Positions 1 through 12,504 of a stretch of 64,000 bases of DNA are shown here, in pieces. How positions within the stretch are numbered: the first letter of the stretch is position 1; each line of letters begins with the position of its first letter. The notes beneath the pieces were generated by a model. The model ran no database searches. It saw only the letters and a program-made list of their open reading frames with translations, and was not told the origin of the DNA. Made by a program: the position numbers and the translations under genes. This DNA is from Lingula anatina (lineage: Eukaryota; Animalia; Brachiopoda), in NCBI GenBank assembly GCA_051362555.1, contig CM120645.1:5580001-5644000 (forward strand), in the 5' to 3' direction.

Positions 1-1220
1 ATTCCTTCGTTCATACCTCACTGGGAGTTCACAACAAATTTCGGTAAATGGCATATTTTCTGATCTTTCTGATTTTTCACAACTTGTTTTTGGGGTGCCC
101 CAAGACAGTGTCCTTGGGACACTTTTCTTTTGCATTTATATCTGTCACTTGGTGCCATCTTACGTCATCAGAAACTTAGATACCACATGTACGCTGATGA
201 TACTCAGATCTATACTTGCTGTGACATGCAAAATCCTACGGATAAAGTTACCAACTGTGTGGCTGATATTCGCGCCTGGCTTATCAACAACAAACTGAAA
301 TTAAATGACGGAAAGACTGACTTTTTATTAATCACGCAACCACAAAACAAGCAATTTGCACAGAATCTACAACTTGAATTACCAGAGGGCACCGTTGTTG
401 TGAACCAGTTACGATACGTGAAAAAAACCTGGGTGTCTACTTTGATTCCACTCTCTCCATGGATAGACAAATATCAAATATCACTCGATCATGTATTTTT
501 AACATAAGAAACATCGGTGCTATTAGAAACTACCTGGATCAACCTTCTGCGGCAACAGTTATTTATGCGATGATCACCTTTCTTTTAGAATACTGCAACT
601 CATTACTCAATGGCGTCTTTTAACGCGCACACCCAGGGAGACTCGCATTACACCCGTTTTAAAGCAGTTACACTGGCTTCCTATTAGACCACACATTTTA
701 TTCAGAATTTTAACTTTTATGCATGCATTTTTTTTTACCAATCAGCACCCCGGTACTACTGGTACAAAAACTGGTTCACCGTTATGCTCCAAAACGTAGT
801 TTAAGATCACTTGACCAGTTTTTGCTCAAGCCATGTGATACCAGGTTGAGAACATACGGCGACAAAGCTCTCCAAGTCTATAGACCAAATGAATAGAACA
901 TTCTCCCAATATACTTAAAAACTATAGAGTCTGAGGACAATTAAAAAAAAAAATTAAAAACTTTTAAACTCAAAAGGTTTTATGACTGATTTGACTGGTT
1001 GTTATCTTTACATTGTACTATGTATTTTAATATCTTGTGATTTAATTGTCCATATATATTTATTTACTTTGTACTATACATTTTAATATCTTAATACCTT
1101 AACTACGTATTTATTTATTTATTGACTTTATTCTTCTTATACTGTTCATTTTACCCATGTAAAGTCTACTAAACTTTTTATATGGATTTTAGACTATAAA
1201 TAATATTATTTTTATTATTA
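1..1220 (+). mobile_element. Degenerate non-LTR retrotransposon (L2/CR1-group LINE): 3' part of the RT ORF plus 3' tail
   Basis: Frameshifted translation gives FLRSYLTG..Q.ISVNG, GVPQDSVLG.LFF.IY, YHMYADDTQIY (RT YADD box), WL..NKLKLNDGKT.FL, ITPVLKQLHWLPI (~645-690) and RTYGDKA....PNE*N.LP (~850-910). These are typical L2/CR1 ORF2 motifs. It ends in an AT-rich tail with an (ATT)n-like end near 1200-1220 and has multiple stops and frameshifts. Confidence 0.9.
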
Positions 1221-1502
1221 CCACCAAACATTGTGGCGTAACTTAGAGTAGGCGAAAAATTGAGAGGAGACAGCTTGTTAAAGGCAAGAAAAAATAGGAA
1301 AAGCGATTCTAATTTCATTTTATTTCTATTTAATTTTCAACACGATTTTACTTGTGAGATATGTCGATGAATAAAAAAACAAATTATTTCTTACCATCAT
1401 TACACATGAGGCAAGAAAAGCATATTTCATTGCAGCTCTTTCACCTCCATGTTTGACAGCAGTGAACAGACAGGCTAGCGAGCACTACCAGTATCCATGT
1501 AC

Positions 1503-1545
1503 GGCCCCATTCAGAATAAGGGACTAACGAGTCAAATATGACGAC

Positions 1546-1621
<76 letters not shown>

Positions 1622-1730
1622 TCGTCTTATCCGCTAACAGACACTGAATCGATATCCCGTGGGGAAGTATTCAAGTGGGTCGGCCATATTTGACCCTCGG
1701 ACTAGTTAGTCCCCTATTCTGAATGGGGCC
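1503..1730. mobile_element. MITE with terminal inverted repeats (PIF/Harbinger-like ends) and an internal (AG)n tract
   Basis: Left end GGCCCCATTCAGAATAAGGGACTAAC and right end GTTAGTCCCCTATTCTGAATGGGGCC are inverted. Inner GTCAAATATG/CATATTTGAC is also inverted. Flanks are TAC/TAA. (AG)n at ~1548-1617. Confidence 0.7.
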
Positions 1731-3246
1731 TAAGTTCCGTTGTTGCCCCAAGGAGAGCCTAACAACGTACCAACCTATATTATTTGAGAGTCAACCAATG
1801 GCCCGATAGAAGGATTGATTAATTTTAACCTTATCTACTTAAAGATGTCATTAATCTTCATAATTAGGTTTAATAGCAACCAGCCTTGTACGTGTATGTG
1901 TTTCTAACTTTGGTCAAAGAGTGACCTTTTGTTAAGGATAACCCGTGGACGACAAAGATGGTGACCGAGTTGGAGTTACTGGTTTTGATTTTGTGGTCTT
2001 TTAGATGTTTATGTGGATATAAAGTTTTAAAGCACGACGCCACACTGATTATAGGGTGTATAATTATATGACTACATAACATTTTGTTGTGGCGAAGACG
2101 ACACACCCTGCTGCCTATTTAAGCTTTGTTTTCTTTTATCCGCATCTTTACCTGTTTATGTCTCGTCCTGAGGTGCATTCAAATTATACTCAAGTGAACA
2201 TGAAATATGATATCATCCATTTTTCTATGTGACTTCTTGGAGCCCGAACAAATCTCAATGGCAAAAAGAAAAAAGAAAGAAAAAAAGAAAAAATTACTTA
2301 TCTTAAGATGTGACAATGCGATGAGTAAGAAGGGTGGAAGAAGAAAAAACGTTTTCCTTGACACTTTGATGTCTATATCTAGTTATGAACCTAGCTTTTG
2401 TTGTTACGTAAACAACAAACTGCGTGATAACGTACCATAAGGTCATTCGGTAGCATATTTTATGAGCAAACAACCAATTCACGTATTTATCTGGACGTTG
2501 TGTAGGATTGAGTTAAAATACCGCGTAGAAAAACTTTTTTCAACAGTACATGGAATAGATGGGTCATACTTCTAATTTAATGGAAATAAATGCCTTAAAT
2601 TAATTATCAGTTTTCCTTAACTTTCATTGGAATAACAACTATAAAACTGATCAATTCCAGGTCGTTAAGTTAAATTTCTAAAAGTCAATCTAATGTGTCC
2701 TGTGTTGGTCAAATGTGTTCAGGATACATACGTATATAATCAGTTTACAGGTCAAGTTGAGGACGTCAGGTTGTACAGAGGCACACAAGGTTGCTAAATT
2801 ATTAAAATAAATTTAAAAAATGAGAAGCCATATCTCTGATTAAGAAGTACACCCGCCTCAAATGTATTTAGAAATGGACTTCTGCCTTGAAACCATATCA
2901 TTCACCTTGTCCAATCAGTTTTAGTTATGAACCTGTGTCTAGAAGCCACTTAGCATTCAGTGTTGAAGACTTCTCTGAATTAAAGTAACCGCTCCGGCAA
3001 CACACCGTGCTGGGAAGCCAATACTATGTAATTGTATATATGAAGATATGGAAAGATGGAAATAAATGAAGGGGTCAGTGGTCAATGTATACAGAGGACA
3101 TTGTATGCTGATCCCTAGAAAACAAAACGTAATGTTAATTGTGTGAGGTGAATGGAACCTTGTATGCTATAATAAGACCCCACCGTCGATTTTTTTCTAG
3201 AGGTTACCGACCATCTGAACCAAGAAGTACAGTCAAGATTAACATA

Positions 3247-3550
3247 GACCGCATTCACAACGAGTTGAGCCATGGCTCTACAAATCCACGAACTAAATAT
3301 GGCGGACGGACATGAAAGAAAAAATGCCTAATCTTTTGATAGTCTCTCCGCCTCTCACACGCCTCCCCATGTGTCGTCCCAATGGAGCCGAGATTTAATG
3401 ACTGTACCCCCGCAGGGACGACGCCTGGTGCGGCGTGTGAGAGGCCTAGAGACTATTAAAAGATTAGGCAGTTTTTCTTTCATGTACGTCCGCCGTATTT
3501 AGTTCGTGGATTTGTAGAGCCATGTGGCTCAACTCGTTGTGAATGCGGTC
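3247..3550. mobile_element. Foldback MITE, ~300 bp with ~100-bp terminal inverted repeats
   Basis: GACCGCATTCACAACGAGTTGAGCCA..GGCTCTACAAATCCACGAACTAAATA...GATAGTCTCT (3247-~3347) is mirrored by AGAGACTATT...TTCGTGGATTTGTAGAGCCA..GGCTCAACTCGTTGTGAATGCGGTC (ending 3550). Confidence 0.8.
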
Positions 3551-3744
3551 ATATACTTGTAGACTAGGATCCTTCGTTTTAGCGACTACTCAAGCCAACT
3601 GAATGACTTTATTATATTTGCATTACTTGACTTTTCACTCAATATCGTTTAAAATTAGATCGAGGCAACTTCGGCAAAGATAACTCCATGTGTTGCCTCT
3701 TAAAGTTTGAAAGTATATTGGTTTCGTTTGTTGAATCTTCCGTG

Positions 3745-3788
<44 letters not shown>

Positions 3789-3972
3789 CATTATAACCGG
3801 GTTGTTTTGTACCTAGGCTGTATTCCATCAGTTTAGCTCGCTATTTATGGCCCTAGCAGCATATGAAAACGAACGGAGTTTCAACTTGCCCTGGCAGTAC
3901 CACCATGAAACACATGTTAACTTGCTTTGATAGGCAATTAAAGTAGCATTAATGTAGTCTAGTCTCATTAAA

Positions 3973-4093
3973 GGTATTCAAAACCAGCAATTTATGCGAA
4001 TAAATAAAGGTACATCGTATTCAAAACCAGCAATTTATCCGAATAAATAAAGGTATATCGTATTCAAAACCAGCAAGTTATGCGAATAAATAA
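3973..4093. repeat. Minisatellite, ~44-bp unit x~3
   Basis: GTATTCAAAACCAGCAA(T/G)TTAT(G/C)CGAATAAATAA(AGGTA.ATC) occurs three times in tandem, just inside the intron after the 4196 donor. Confidence 0.85.
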
Positions 4094-4195
4094 GCGCTAG
4101 ACGCACGGTAAGGTTTCTAACTAACAATTGTTCTGAGTACCATAACTCATTTTGTCTACAACTTAACAAAGTATTACGCTGAACTGATGACTTAC

Positions 4196-4484
4196 CTAGC
4201 TCTTTGGGGAGTAATGGGCATAACAGACTCTCTTCTTCTGCCTCCAGTGTGGTGTGATCGCTCTGATTGCTTTGAGCGTCAGGTATTTTAGAGATAGATT
4301 TCTGCGAGCTGTTGAAAGAGATGTGGAACCCAGTCCAGCCTGGGTTGACTATGTTTATGTATTGTCTTGTCCCTTCCATGGTGGACATCACCAACATTTG
4401 TATGGCGATGATTGCTATTCCTGAGATCAACAAATAAAAACGAACTCTTCCCGAAGCTCCAGGTCTTTTAAACATGGTGAACAT
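4196..4484 (-). CDS. First coding exon (cytoplasmic tail, TM, stem) of a second GT7 beta-1,4-galactosyl/N-acetylgalactosaminyltransferase paralogue; remaining exons presumably left of the window
   Basis: MFTMFKRPGASGRVRFYLLISGIAIIAIQMLVMSTM is a basic N-terminus plus TM. It ends ...EESLLCPLLPKEL-G|GTAAGT, a phase-1 donor at the same motif and phase as CPLTPPAL-G|GTAAG in the GT7 gene at 27603. Length 289 nt = 96 codons + 1. No catalytic exon was seen in 1-4195. Confidence 0.7.
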
Positions 4485-7400
4485 TGGGGTGAAAACGCTA
4501 CCCGCACCAGCCCCGAATAAGATCTGAGATATCCCACTCTGGGATTCTCTGTTATTCACAAGTAAGGCTTAGGCCACAAAGAAAACCAAGCCCAAAAAAT
4601 TATGTCCTTGTCTACAAGGGGCCTGGTCCACGTTCTCGCACGCGTCCTACCTGTATTTAATAACCCGCTTTTACGGATATAACTTGATGTCATATACTAG
4701 GTACTGAGTGTGATCTGGGTCGATGTAAATCCACCTTACTGTGCCTTGTTGTGAAAAAAAAAATGAAAGCACTGTGTGTATGTATGTATATATATGCAGC
4801 GATTGTACTTGCTCTCACAATAAGACTTTCAAATTCTTGACTAGCTGTATTCTTCTGGCGTGTGCAACAGTCGTGGTCTGTTCTGAAATGAGTGACGCCT
4901 CCACGTCAAGCTACGCCCGATACGCTATCAGATAGATCTGATAGGACGGAGATATACATAGCGCTGGCTATTGTGAATTATACTGTGACTTTCTAGGAGT
5001 GCTCCATGACTTCAGTGCCTATCCCACGTGTACCTGTGACTGTGCCCATAAAGTGGAGGCATGAGTAATCCGTCTCTGATAAACCCGAGGACACGCCGGA
5101 CATGCGTGGACCAAACGCGCTTCTAACAGGTGGCGCAGAATGCAAGGTTTCGAGATGTGGCCTCCTCGGGAGAAAATTAGGTATCCCTGACACGGTCAAG
5201 ATTGATACTGCATAAGACGCGTGCCAAGACGCGTTCCTGTATGATGATGAATTGGAAATGTTGCAGCTGACGCTCTAAGCCCAGGAAAAATGGCCCCGTA
5301 TCATGGCCGGGTACCAGCATGTCAAGATCAGAATTCACCCATCAGCATGAAAGATGTGTTGTGAAAAGAGAGCAGCTTTAACAAACTGCAGACATCGCGG
5401 TAACCCGGCCTCTGGCGAAGATTACATACATTTTCCTGGTTTTAAAAAACCTGAGCCAACAACAACAACATCAAAAAGCTCCATAAGCCATTTACGGCCT
5501 CGCCGAGGTAACCGTCTTATGGTTGATAAAAATTCCCCTGACGGCGGTCACTTTTTATATAGGTGCACCTGTTTAATTTGAGCGTCCGTAAGTGAAACAT
5601 TGCGTGCGAGACGCTTTACAAGTAAAGGACATCCTAGGAAGTCGCCGGGTTCGCTGAAGGCCTTCAGTCGTCTTTGTTCTAGTATCCAGCCTATTACCCC
5701 ACGTTGGCATGGCACTGAAGAAATTAACTCGGTTCAATTAATCGACCTGCCGCGGCGTGCAGTCAAGTAAATTACGTGCTGAACACGAGATTGGCAAAAT
5801 GATTGTCTCGTTTTTGGCCCTAAGGTCGTCTTTATTTGCGCAGTTTAGTTAATCATTTTTTATTTTTGTTTAATTATTGAAAACAGTTGTCGCGAATTAA
5901 AAAAAACATTAATGTTACATATTCATAAAAAAAAAAAAGACGTGTGTCATCTCCCCTGTGCTGGGCACAGTTAACTTTTTAAGCATGAGTATGATATTCA
6001 GCGCATTTAAGCGCTATTTCCCCCAGTCACTAGCTTTAATTTCCAAGCGCGTGGTGACCTTTGGCTTATCGCAGGTCATTATACTTAATATGTGCATACT
6101 TTAAGTCTCTTTCTGTTTATATATACATATATATCTACGGTTGACCTTAGCGGATGAGCACATTGGAAAAGATAAAGTGAAGTGGTCTAATTGTGCGAAG
6201 GAATGAAAGGCAGGCACAACGTTTTTATTGTTAACAAAAGGGAAAAGTATTAGAAAATAATAATCGGTGAGAGAGAGAAGAGTAACCCACACAATACAGA
6301 CCATTACGTGAACTTGAATAAAGATTCGGTCTTACCTGATTTCCTTACAGTGGAAATATGAAATCAACCTCAGTGAAAAGTGCCCTACTCTGTTTGTTGT
6401 GAATATTTCAGAGGGTAGAAAATGCCAAGTAAAACATCAAGTTGATATAAATAAAATAACGCGCAATTAAATTATTAATAAATTATCATATACATGCACA
6501 CGTATGCAGTACTTTAATACTAAATATTCATATGTCCAAATATATCAAAATATATTATGTAAAAGGTCTGACTAATATAAAAATGATCGAGTCATTAATT
6601 GATCCTGGCCTGGATAGTAAGTCCAGTCCTAGATGGATACCTATATATATAGATAAAACTTTTATGTTACCAACTGCTCGAAACATTATTTTACATGGAT
6701 TATAGCCAGAATGCTTGCATTACTTTGGATAAGCTTATCTAACAGTTGACTGTTTTCACCTTGAGCGGTCGACAAATACAAAAGTGTGATATTTTTATAA
6801 TTGGTAAACAATTGAAATTACCTAAAAGTACTATCATTCTAAATAAATAAAACGGCCTTATATTATCTCTGTTACACAATTTAATCTGATAGATTGTGAT
6901 ACATTTCTGCACGACGTGAAAATGAAAGGAATGCAGATAGCCAGTCGCTCGACTAAAACCAATTGAAGAAAAATATCTTTGGGTTTGAAACTTAATCAAG
7001 TGAATGAAGGCAAAATATAGAAAAAACAAGTTCGTATTTACCTGCATAAGGTCGTCGGGCATTTGTGAACCTGTGAAGCATACGCTCATATGTAATAAGA
7101 AAATGGTTTTAAGGGGATTTGTTTCTAATTTAAACTTCACTTCCGTGATTTAGATTGGATTTAAAAACGATCAATTTGATAACAAAGAAGATGAATAAAT
7201 ATACGGCTTGACAAGCTTAGCTTTGCAGGAAGTAAATACAACAGAAGAGATAAAAGAAATATCACAGATCGCCTCGTATCATCACCAATCATTTAAAAAA
7301 TGTCGTGACTCTCGAACACGAATGGTGAAATAATTAATCAGCGCCGGTGGCATATTTTGATAGTATCGCTCGTGGCGGGAAGTATCAGCATATCGGAATG

Positions 7401-8590
7401 CACAGGTATGTGTGCTCTTTGATTGTTTGTTTGAAACAATTTCATTAAATAATTTATTTCATCAGGTTCTTTATGGGGGTGGTATGAATCATTTTGATAT
7501 TTTGAAGATTCCGTCTACGGTTTATCACTTATGATTTCCTGTACTTAACATTTATTTCTCGGTCTAATATATCAACAAATCAGAAAAATATGTTTATCCA
7601 AATGCATCAGAAACATCCACACACTCTATCCCCGATTAAAAAAAATAATCCTCAATTTAGATAGTCTAAGTAATGCACATCATTTCAGGAAGATGGCGGA
7701 CGTTCACCTGGTCGTCAGACTTACTTGGTTTAGAAAAGAAATTAATTGTCTTATAAAATAATGTCTTATTTCATATATATTATGCAGCGTGAAGAAAGAT
7801 ATTATGCGATATTTCACATAATATGATAGCCCGGTTCCGAATTAGTGGTGTATAACTTCTAATTACCCTATAACATCATGGAATAACTTCGTATTTGCGC
7901 ATTTTATTTCAGAGTTAAATACGTCAGGGAAATGAGTTTTGTTTTTATGTCCTGGGTGACCTATTGCCTCAAGTTAAAACACAAGGAATGATACTCTTAA
8001 CAATATGGAGGCGTTGTTGCAGTTTGTGGTCTTATCAAGCAATCAACAATCCATCTGTTTTCTGCATAATTCTTTTTAGAACGACTTAATGTCCTTTATT
8101 ATCTTAAGCACCTAATAAACACTTGGCTATTCTATGTAAACCAGTTACCTAATCATAATTTTATAGCCGATAACTTCTGATTATACAAGGAAATACCTTA
8201 ATCAATCCGCGCTATGACCCAGCCATTAATTTTATTGCATGTAAGCAATTGTGCACGCCATAACCTAGTTTTTCGTTTTATAGGATGTAGAGAAGACAGA
8301 TGGCGTAATAAAATACTAATATGGAAAGCAATCGCTTGATGTGTACAAAGATATTAATTAGTAAATCGCCACAGTGTTAATTGCAATCTACAGTGTATGT
8401 TTATTTGTATATAGTACTGTTTTGTTCAAATTTTGTTCAAATGGTGTCATTTATTTATTTATGTAACGGTGAAGTTAGCTGTCTGTGTTCGTGATTGTAC
8501 CTTGTTTGTGGAGGAGAATATCAATAAAGCAATCTGATTAAACATAACTCCATGGTAACAATCAGATCACTACGGCACTTCTGCATGTAA

Positions 8591-8634
<44 letters not shown>

Positions 8635-9037
8635 AAATGCTACAAGGGTCCACCAACGTCACTCCAAACACAATGGCTCTCAAACAGATCGCCTCCTGAG
8701 GACCACTGTCGTTATTCCATCCGTAAAAATTTATTGGCCAATCTATGGTTAGTATTTGCTGAGGATATTTACAAGTGTATGTAGTTATGAACTTATAAAC
8801 TGAAACAGAGCTGCGAAGCTGTTAGATCTGGATCCTATTTTAAAAAGGAGTGAACTCTAAACGCTAATAGCTGGTATTTTGATCCATATTGAAGCATTAT
8901 CCAGAAGCGTAATATTGCATTACAGGTTGAAGCGGAAATTTTACAGCACACTGTTATTGCAGCAAGTGTTGTGTGGGTGATGTACATATTGTTCATTTAT
9001 CGATAGGTGAAGTACAAACACGCATAAAAAGAAGCAT

Positions 9038-9108
9038 TGCATCGGCCGGGAATCGAACCCGGGCCGCCCACGTGGCAGGCGAGCATTCTACCACTGAACC
9101 ACCGATGC
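9038..9108 (-). tRNA. trnG-GCC: tRNA-Gly (anticodon GCC)
   Basis: Reverse complement GCATCGGTGGTTCAGTGGTAGAATGCTCGCCTGCCACGTGGGCGGCCCGGGTTCGATTCCCGGCCGATGCA (71 nt) has a cloverleaf, A and B boxes and a GCC anticodon. A Pol III terminator TTTTT lies 7 nt downstream (9030-9026). Confidence 0.95.
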
Positions 9109-10907
9109 ATACAGAAAAACTATGGTCTTTTTTGAAACTCTGATAATTTCTTGCACGCAATAAGTAAGTTACACACAATAGTCTTCGGAATCACGCTACT
9201 TTTTCCCTTATATGGTTACTAAGATCCCAAGAATTGATACCCGTTTTGCTCCTCAATTATTAGAGCAAGCAATATGTACACATGATGAAATACAACTCTT
9301 TTATGTATTTATTTGTTTACTTATTATTATTTATTTGTTTGAGAATCGAGTCAAAAATGCTACGACCGGTTACATATTATGGACCACGGAAAATATATTT
9401 CGAGCAGTAATTCTTTATTTTCTAACAGTTTTACAAAAGACGAACAGGGGCACGTAAATCACTATAGGCCTATGGGGGACTATATGCGTCCCAATTACTA
9501 CAGCTGGTTCTGTGGTGACTCTTCATGATCGCTTGTGTTTGGTTGAATTTTGTACCGAGGTCGGCTGCCACCTCGATTGATTACTGAACCTAAAAAACAC
9601 AGTAAAACTACTTAAAAAAACAACACTACTTTACCATACAGCAAAAGACCGGTTCAAAATCGATTAAGCACTTTTAAAATATAAATTTCATGGAATCGCC
9701 ATATAGCCCCGGAACCCATTCCATGCCAACTCGGGGTCTACTTCGCGTTCAGTTCAGCAGCAATAGTGACTTTGGATTTACCTCGAGGTCAACGTTCGAT
9801 TTAGAAGAGGTAGCTGGATCGGCGATCGATTTTGGTTATGTAATTTCTTTTTACATCATTATAAACTTGGACATAAAAGGGAACCTTCTCTGATTATGTC
9901 CAAGTTATAAAGGAGTTTTACTCTTTCGTGAGAAATCATATTGAAAAATATATAAAGAATTCTCGACCTTTTACTAGACGGAGAACAATTTTAAAAGTGA
10001 TAAACTTTGTTTTATTTTTTTCACTGTCCGGCAGAATAAAAAACAATTCGAATCCTCGCCACCCTATTTTAAAGCGAGACTGTTAATGGCCGGCAAGCGA
10101 CGTCACTTGCAAGCGGTCCACAGATAACCAACTCCGAAGCCACAATATAAATAAATATCAATCTAGTAATATTTATTGGATACACTATTGAGAATGGTTT
10201 CCAACGAGTGCACAATCAATAGAGGCAGGGGCAAAAAAAAAAAGCTTAGTAGCAAAAGGGGGTCCCCATCGTAAAATTTGCCTCGGTGGGCCCGCACTTT
10301 CTGAACCCTGTGTTGAGGTAAAACCTGTCATTGCACCACAGTCAACTATGTACAACAAAAGGGGTCCTTAATGAGTGGAATCCACAATATCATGTGTTCT
10401 ACAAGAGACAGTTAAAACACAACTTGCTGCGCGCGCTGGAAAGAACAATTATTGAAACAACGTAACAGGTGTGTGTGCTTCATAACTATAGCAAATTCAT
10501 CAATAATGTTATCTTAGTCTGGCAGCCGATCACATATTGATCACGTTTCTGCTTCGTGTAACCCGTCGTCTGCCGATAATAAGAGGCAAGCACGACCAAT
10601 ATATATCTAAGAAGTACTCTTAAAAAACAACAACAACTAAAACGAGTGCTACGTAGTGATTTGACGATCGCGTTAAATATTCAACATTTCATTACAGCAG
10701 ATGTGCATTTTAGTCAATAAATATCCGCACTCGCAAATTCTAACGCTGACTTCGGATTTAGGCTTCATTCTTATGTTGTTTGAATAATTCATCATAAGCT
10801 TACAGCAAGACCGTGACAAGCCTGACGCACGTTACTATGATTATGAAAATCTAACGCGTACAGATCATGTTACATAAAAGTGTAATTCGACGAGTAATGT
10901 TACTCAA

Positions 10908-11006
10908 GGGCTCATTCCCCTTGAATCTATCCGTCTACGACGATCAATCCAGCTCAGCGTGGACGTGTTATCTACGTGGACCGATAGTTTCAACAAGAAT
11001 GGACCC
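10908..11006. mobile_element. Small (~100 bp) degenerate MITE / inverted repeat
   Basis: GGGCTCATTCCCCTTGAATCTATCCGTCTACG and CGTGGACCGATAGTTTCAACAAGAATGGACCC are imperfect inverted ends, flanked by CAA/TAA. Confidence 0.5.
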
Positions 11007-12504
11007 TAACAGTTAAAAAGTGAGACTTATAATCTCATATGGTCAACATACTCTTCAGCTTTCTATACCGAACTTAATTTTCTAAGAGATAATTTCAATA
11101 TTAGTCTAGCCGCTTTCTGGGATGAAAGGAAACTTCTTACCAATTAAGTCATTAATGAAGCAGAGTTGTGTGTGTGTGACGTGAATCTTGGATGAACATT
11201 AATGGCGCAAAGTACAACTCATATCTACATCTTAATATTCACAAATCGTTAGAAATCTCTTCGGCGCATACTGTACGGCTTAAATACATAATACTTTCTC
11301 GTTTATGACCAGATTGATCAATCACTGACTGGCAGGTCCTGACTTAAATTCATGTTTCAACTCCAATAAAAAATTAAGATTTCAAAAATCGAGCCAAATT
11401 TTTGCCTGCGAGCCGACGAAAATAGTTTCTCTAAATCTAAACATATAGAAATCCATAAAAAGTGTTGTGAATACAAAAATATGACTATCCATATAACGCA
11501 TACTGACTTCAACAATGCAAAACCCTTGCCACTAGATTAGTAGAAAAATTCGTAAATAATTACCTTATTCATATCAAACTGTATGAGCGTACTTCTTAGT
11601 TATTTCTACTTGACTAGATTTTCATTTTTAAAAAGTGTCCGTCTTTTGCGCAATATCATTGAAACAAAACTTGAAATAGGCCCATCCCGCTAAATGTAAC
11701 AACTTATTACACTCAATATAATCTGATACCCATTTTTTTTAGATCGTGATCACACAAATCAACAAAAAGATTCATGATCAACGGGTATATATAGTATACT
11801 GATCAACTGGTATATGTAGAATACTCTCTAAAATATAATACGCAGAATTAATCAGATAAGTGCTTGGTTGCTGGCAATGCAGCATCACAAAGGATTCGTT
11901 TTACCACATTTAAAACGTATATCTTTCCGCCATTTTCCTCTCCTCGTTTTACATAAGTTGTGGATAAATAGGAAATTGCAGTCTAAAATCTTAATCATAG
12001 CAAATAGGTTTTAGTATGAAGAACAATTTCCCCCTGAATACGACTTAAATATGTTATATATTTGAATTGGAGCTCGTATTTGTGAACTCTATTCATCGGT
12101 TGGGGCAGAAATATCACACACCAGCGGTCGATTTCTTTCTGCTGCTTCGACGTCATTGAACGGAGTCCTATCCGAGCTCGCACCCCGGGTCGACGAGAGA
12201 TGCCCGTTCCCCTTCACGTATTACACGTATGCCTCTTCTGGAAGAAAAGATGTTCTTTTCATCCCCCATACTAAAACGATGGTGGGCTGAAACTGGCCAA
12301 TTTCTTAAAATATTTTTTCTCTGCAATCTGTGGATCAATTTTGCGACTTAAAAAAAATTCTGGGCGATAAACCGGTGTATACCGTGCAGGACACCGCAAT
12401 CTACCCTGTTTTCCCACACACCAAGTTTCCGCGAAGGAGAGATATCATATTTCTCGCTATTTCCAGAGATTTTCACGTGTATGTACCATGTTAACAGCCA
12501 TTTA

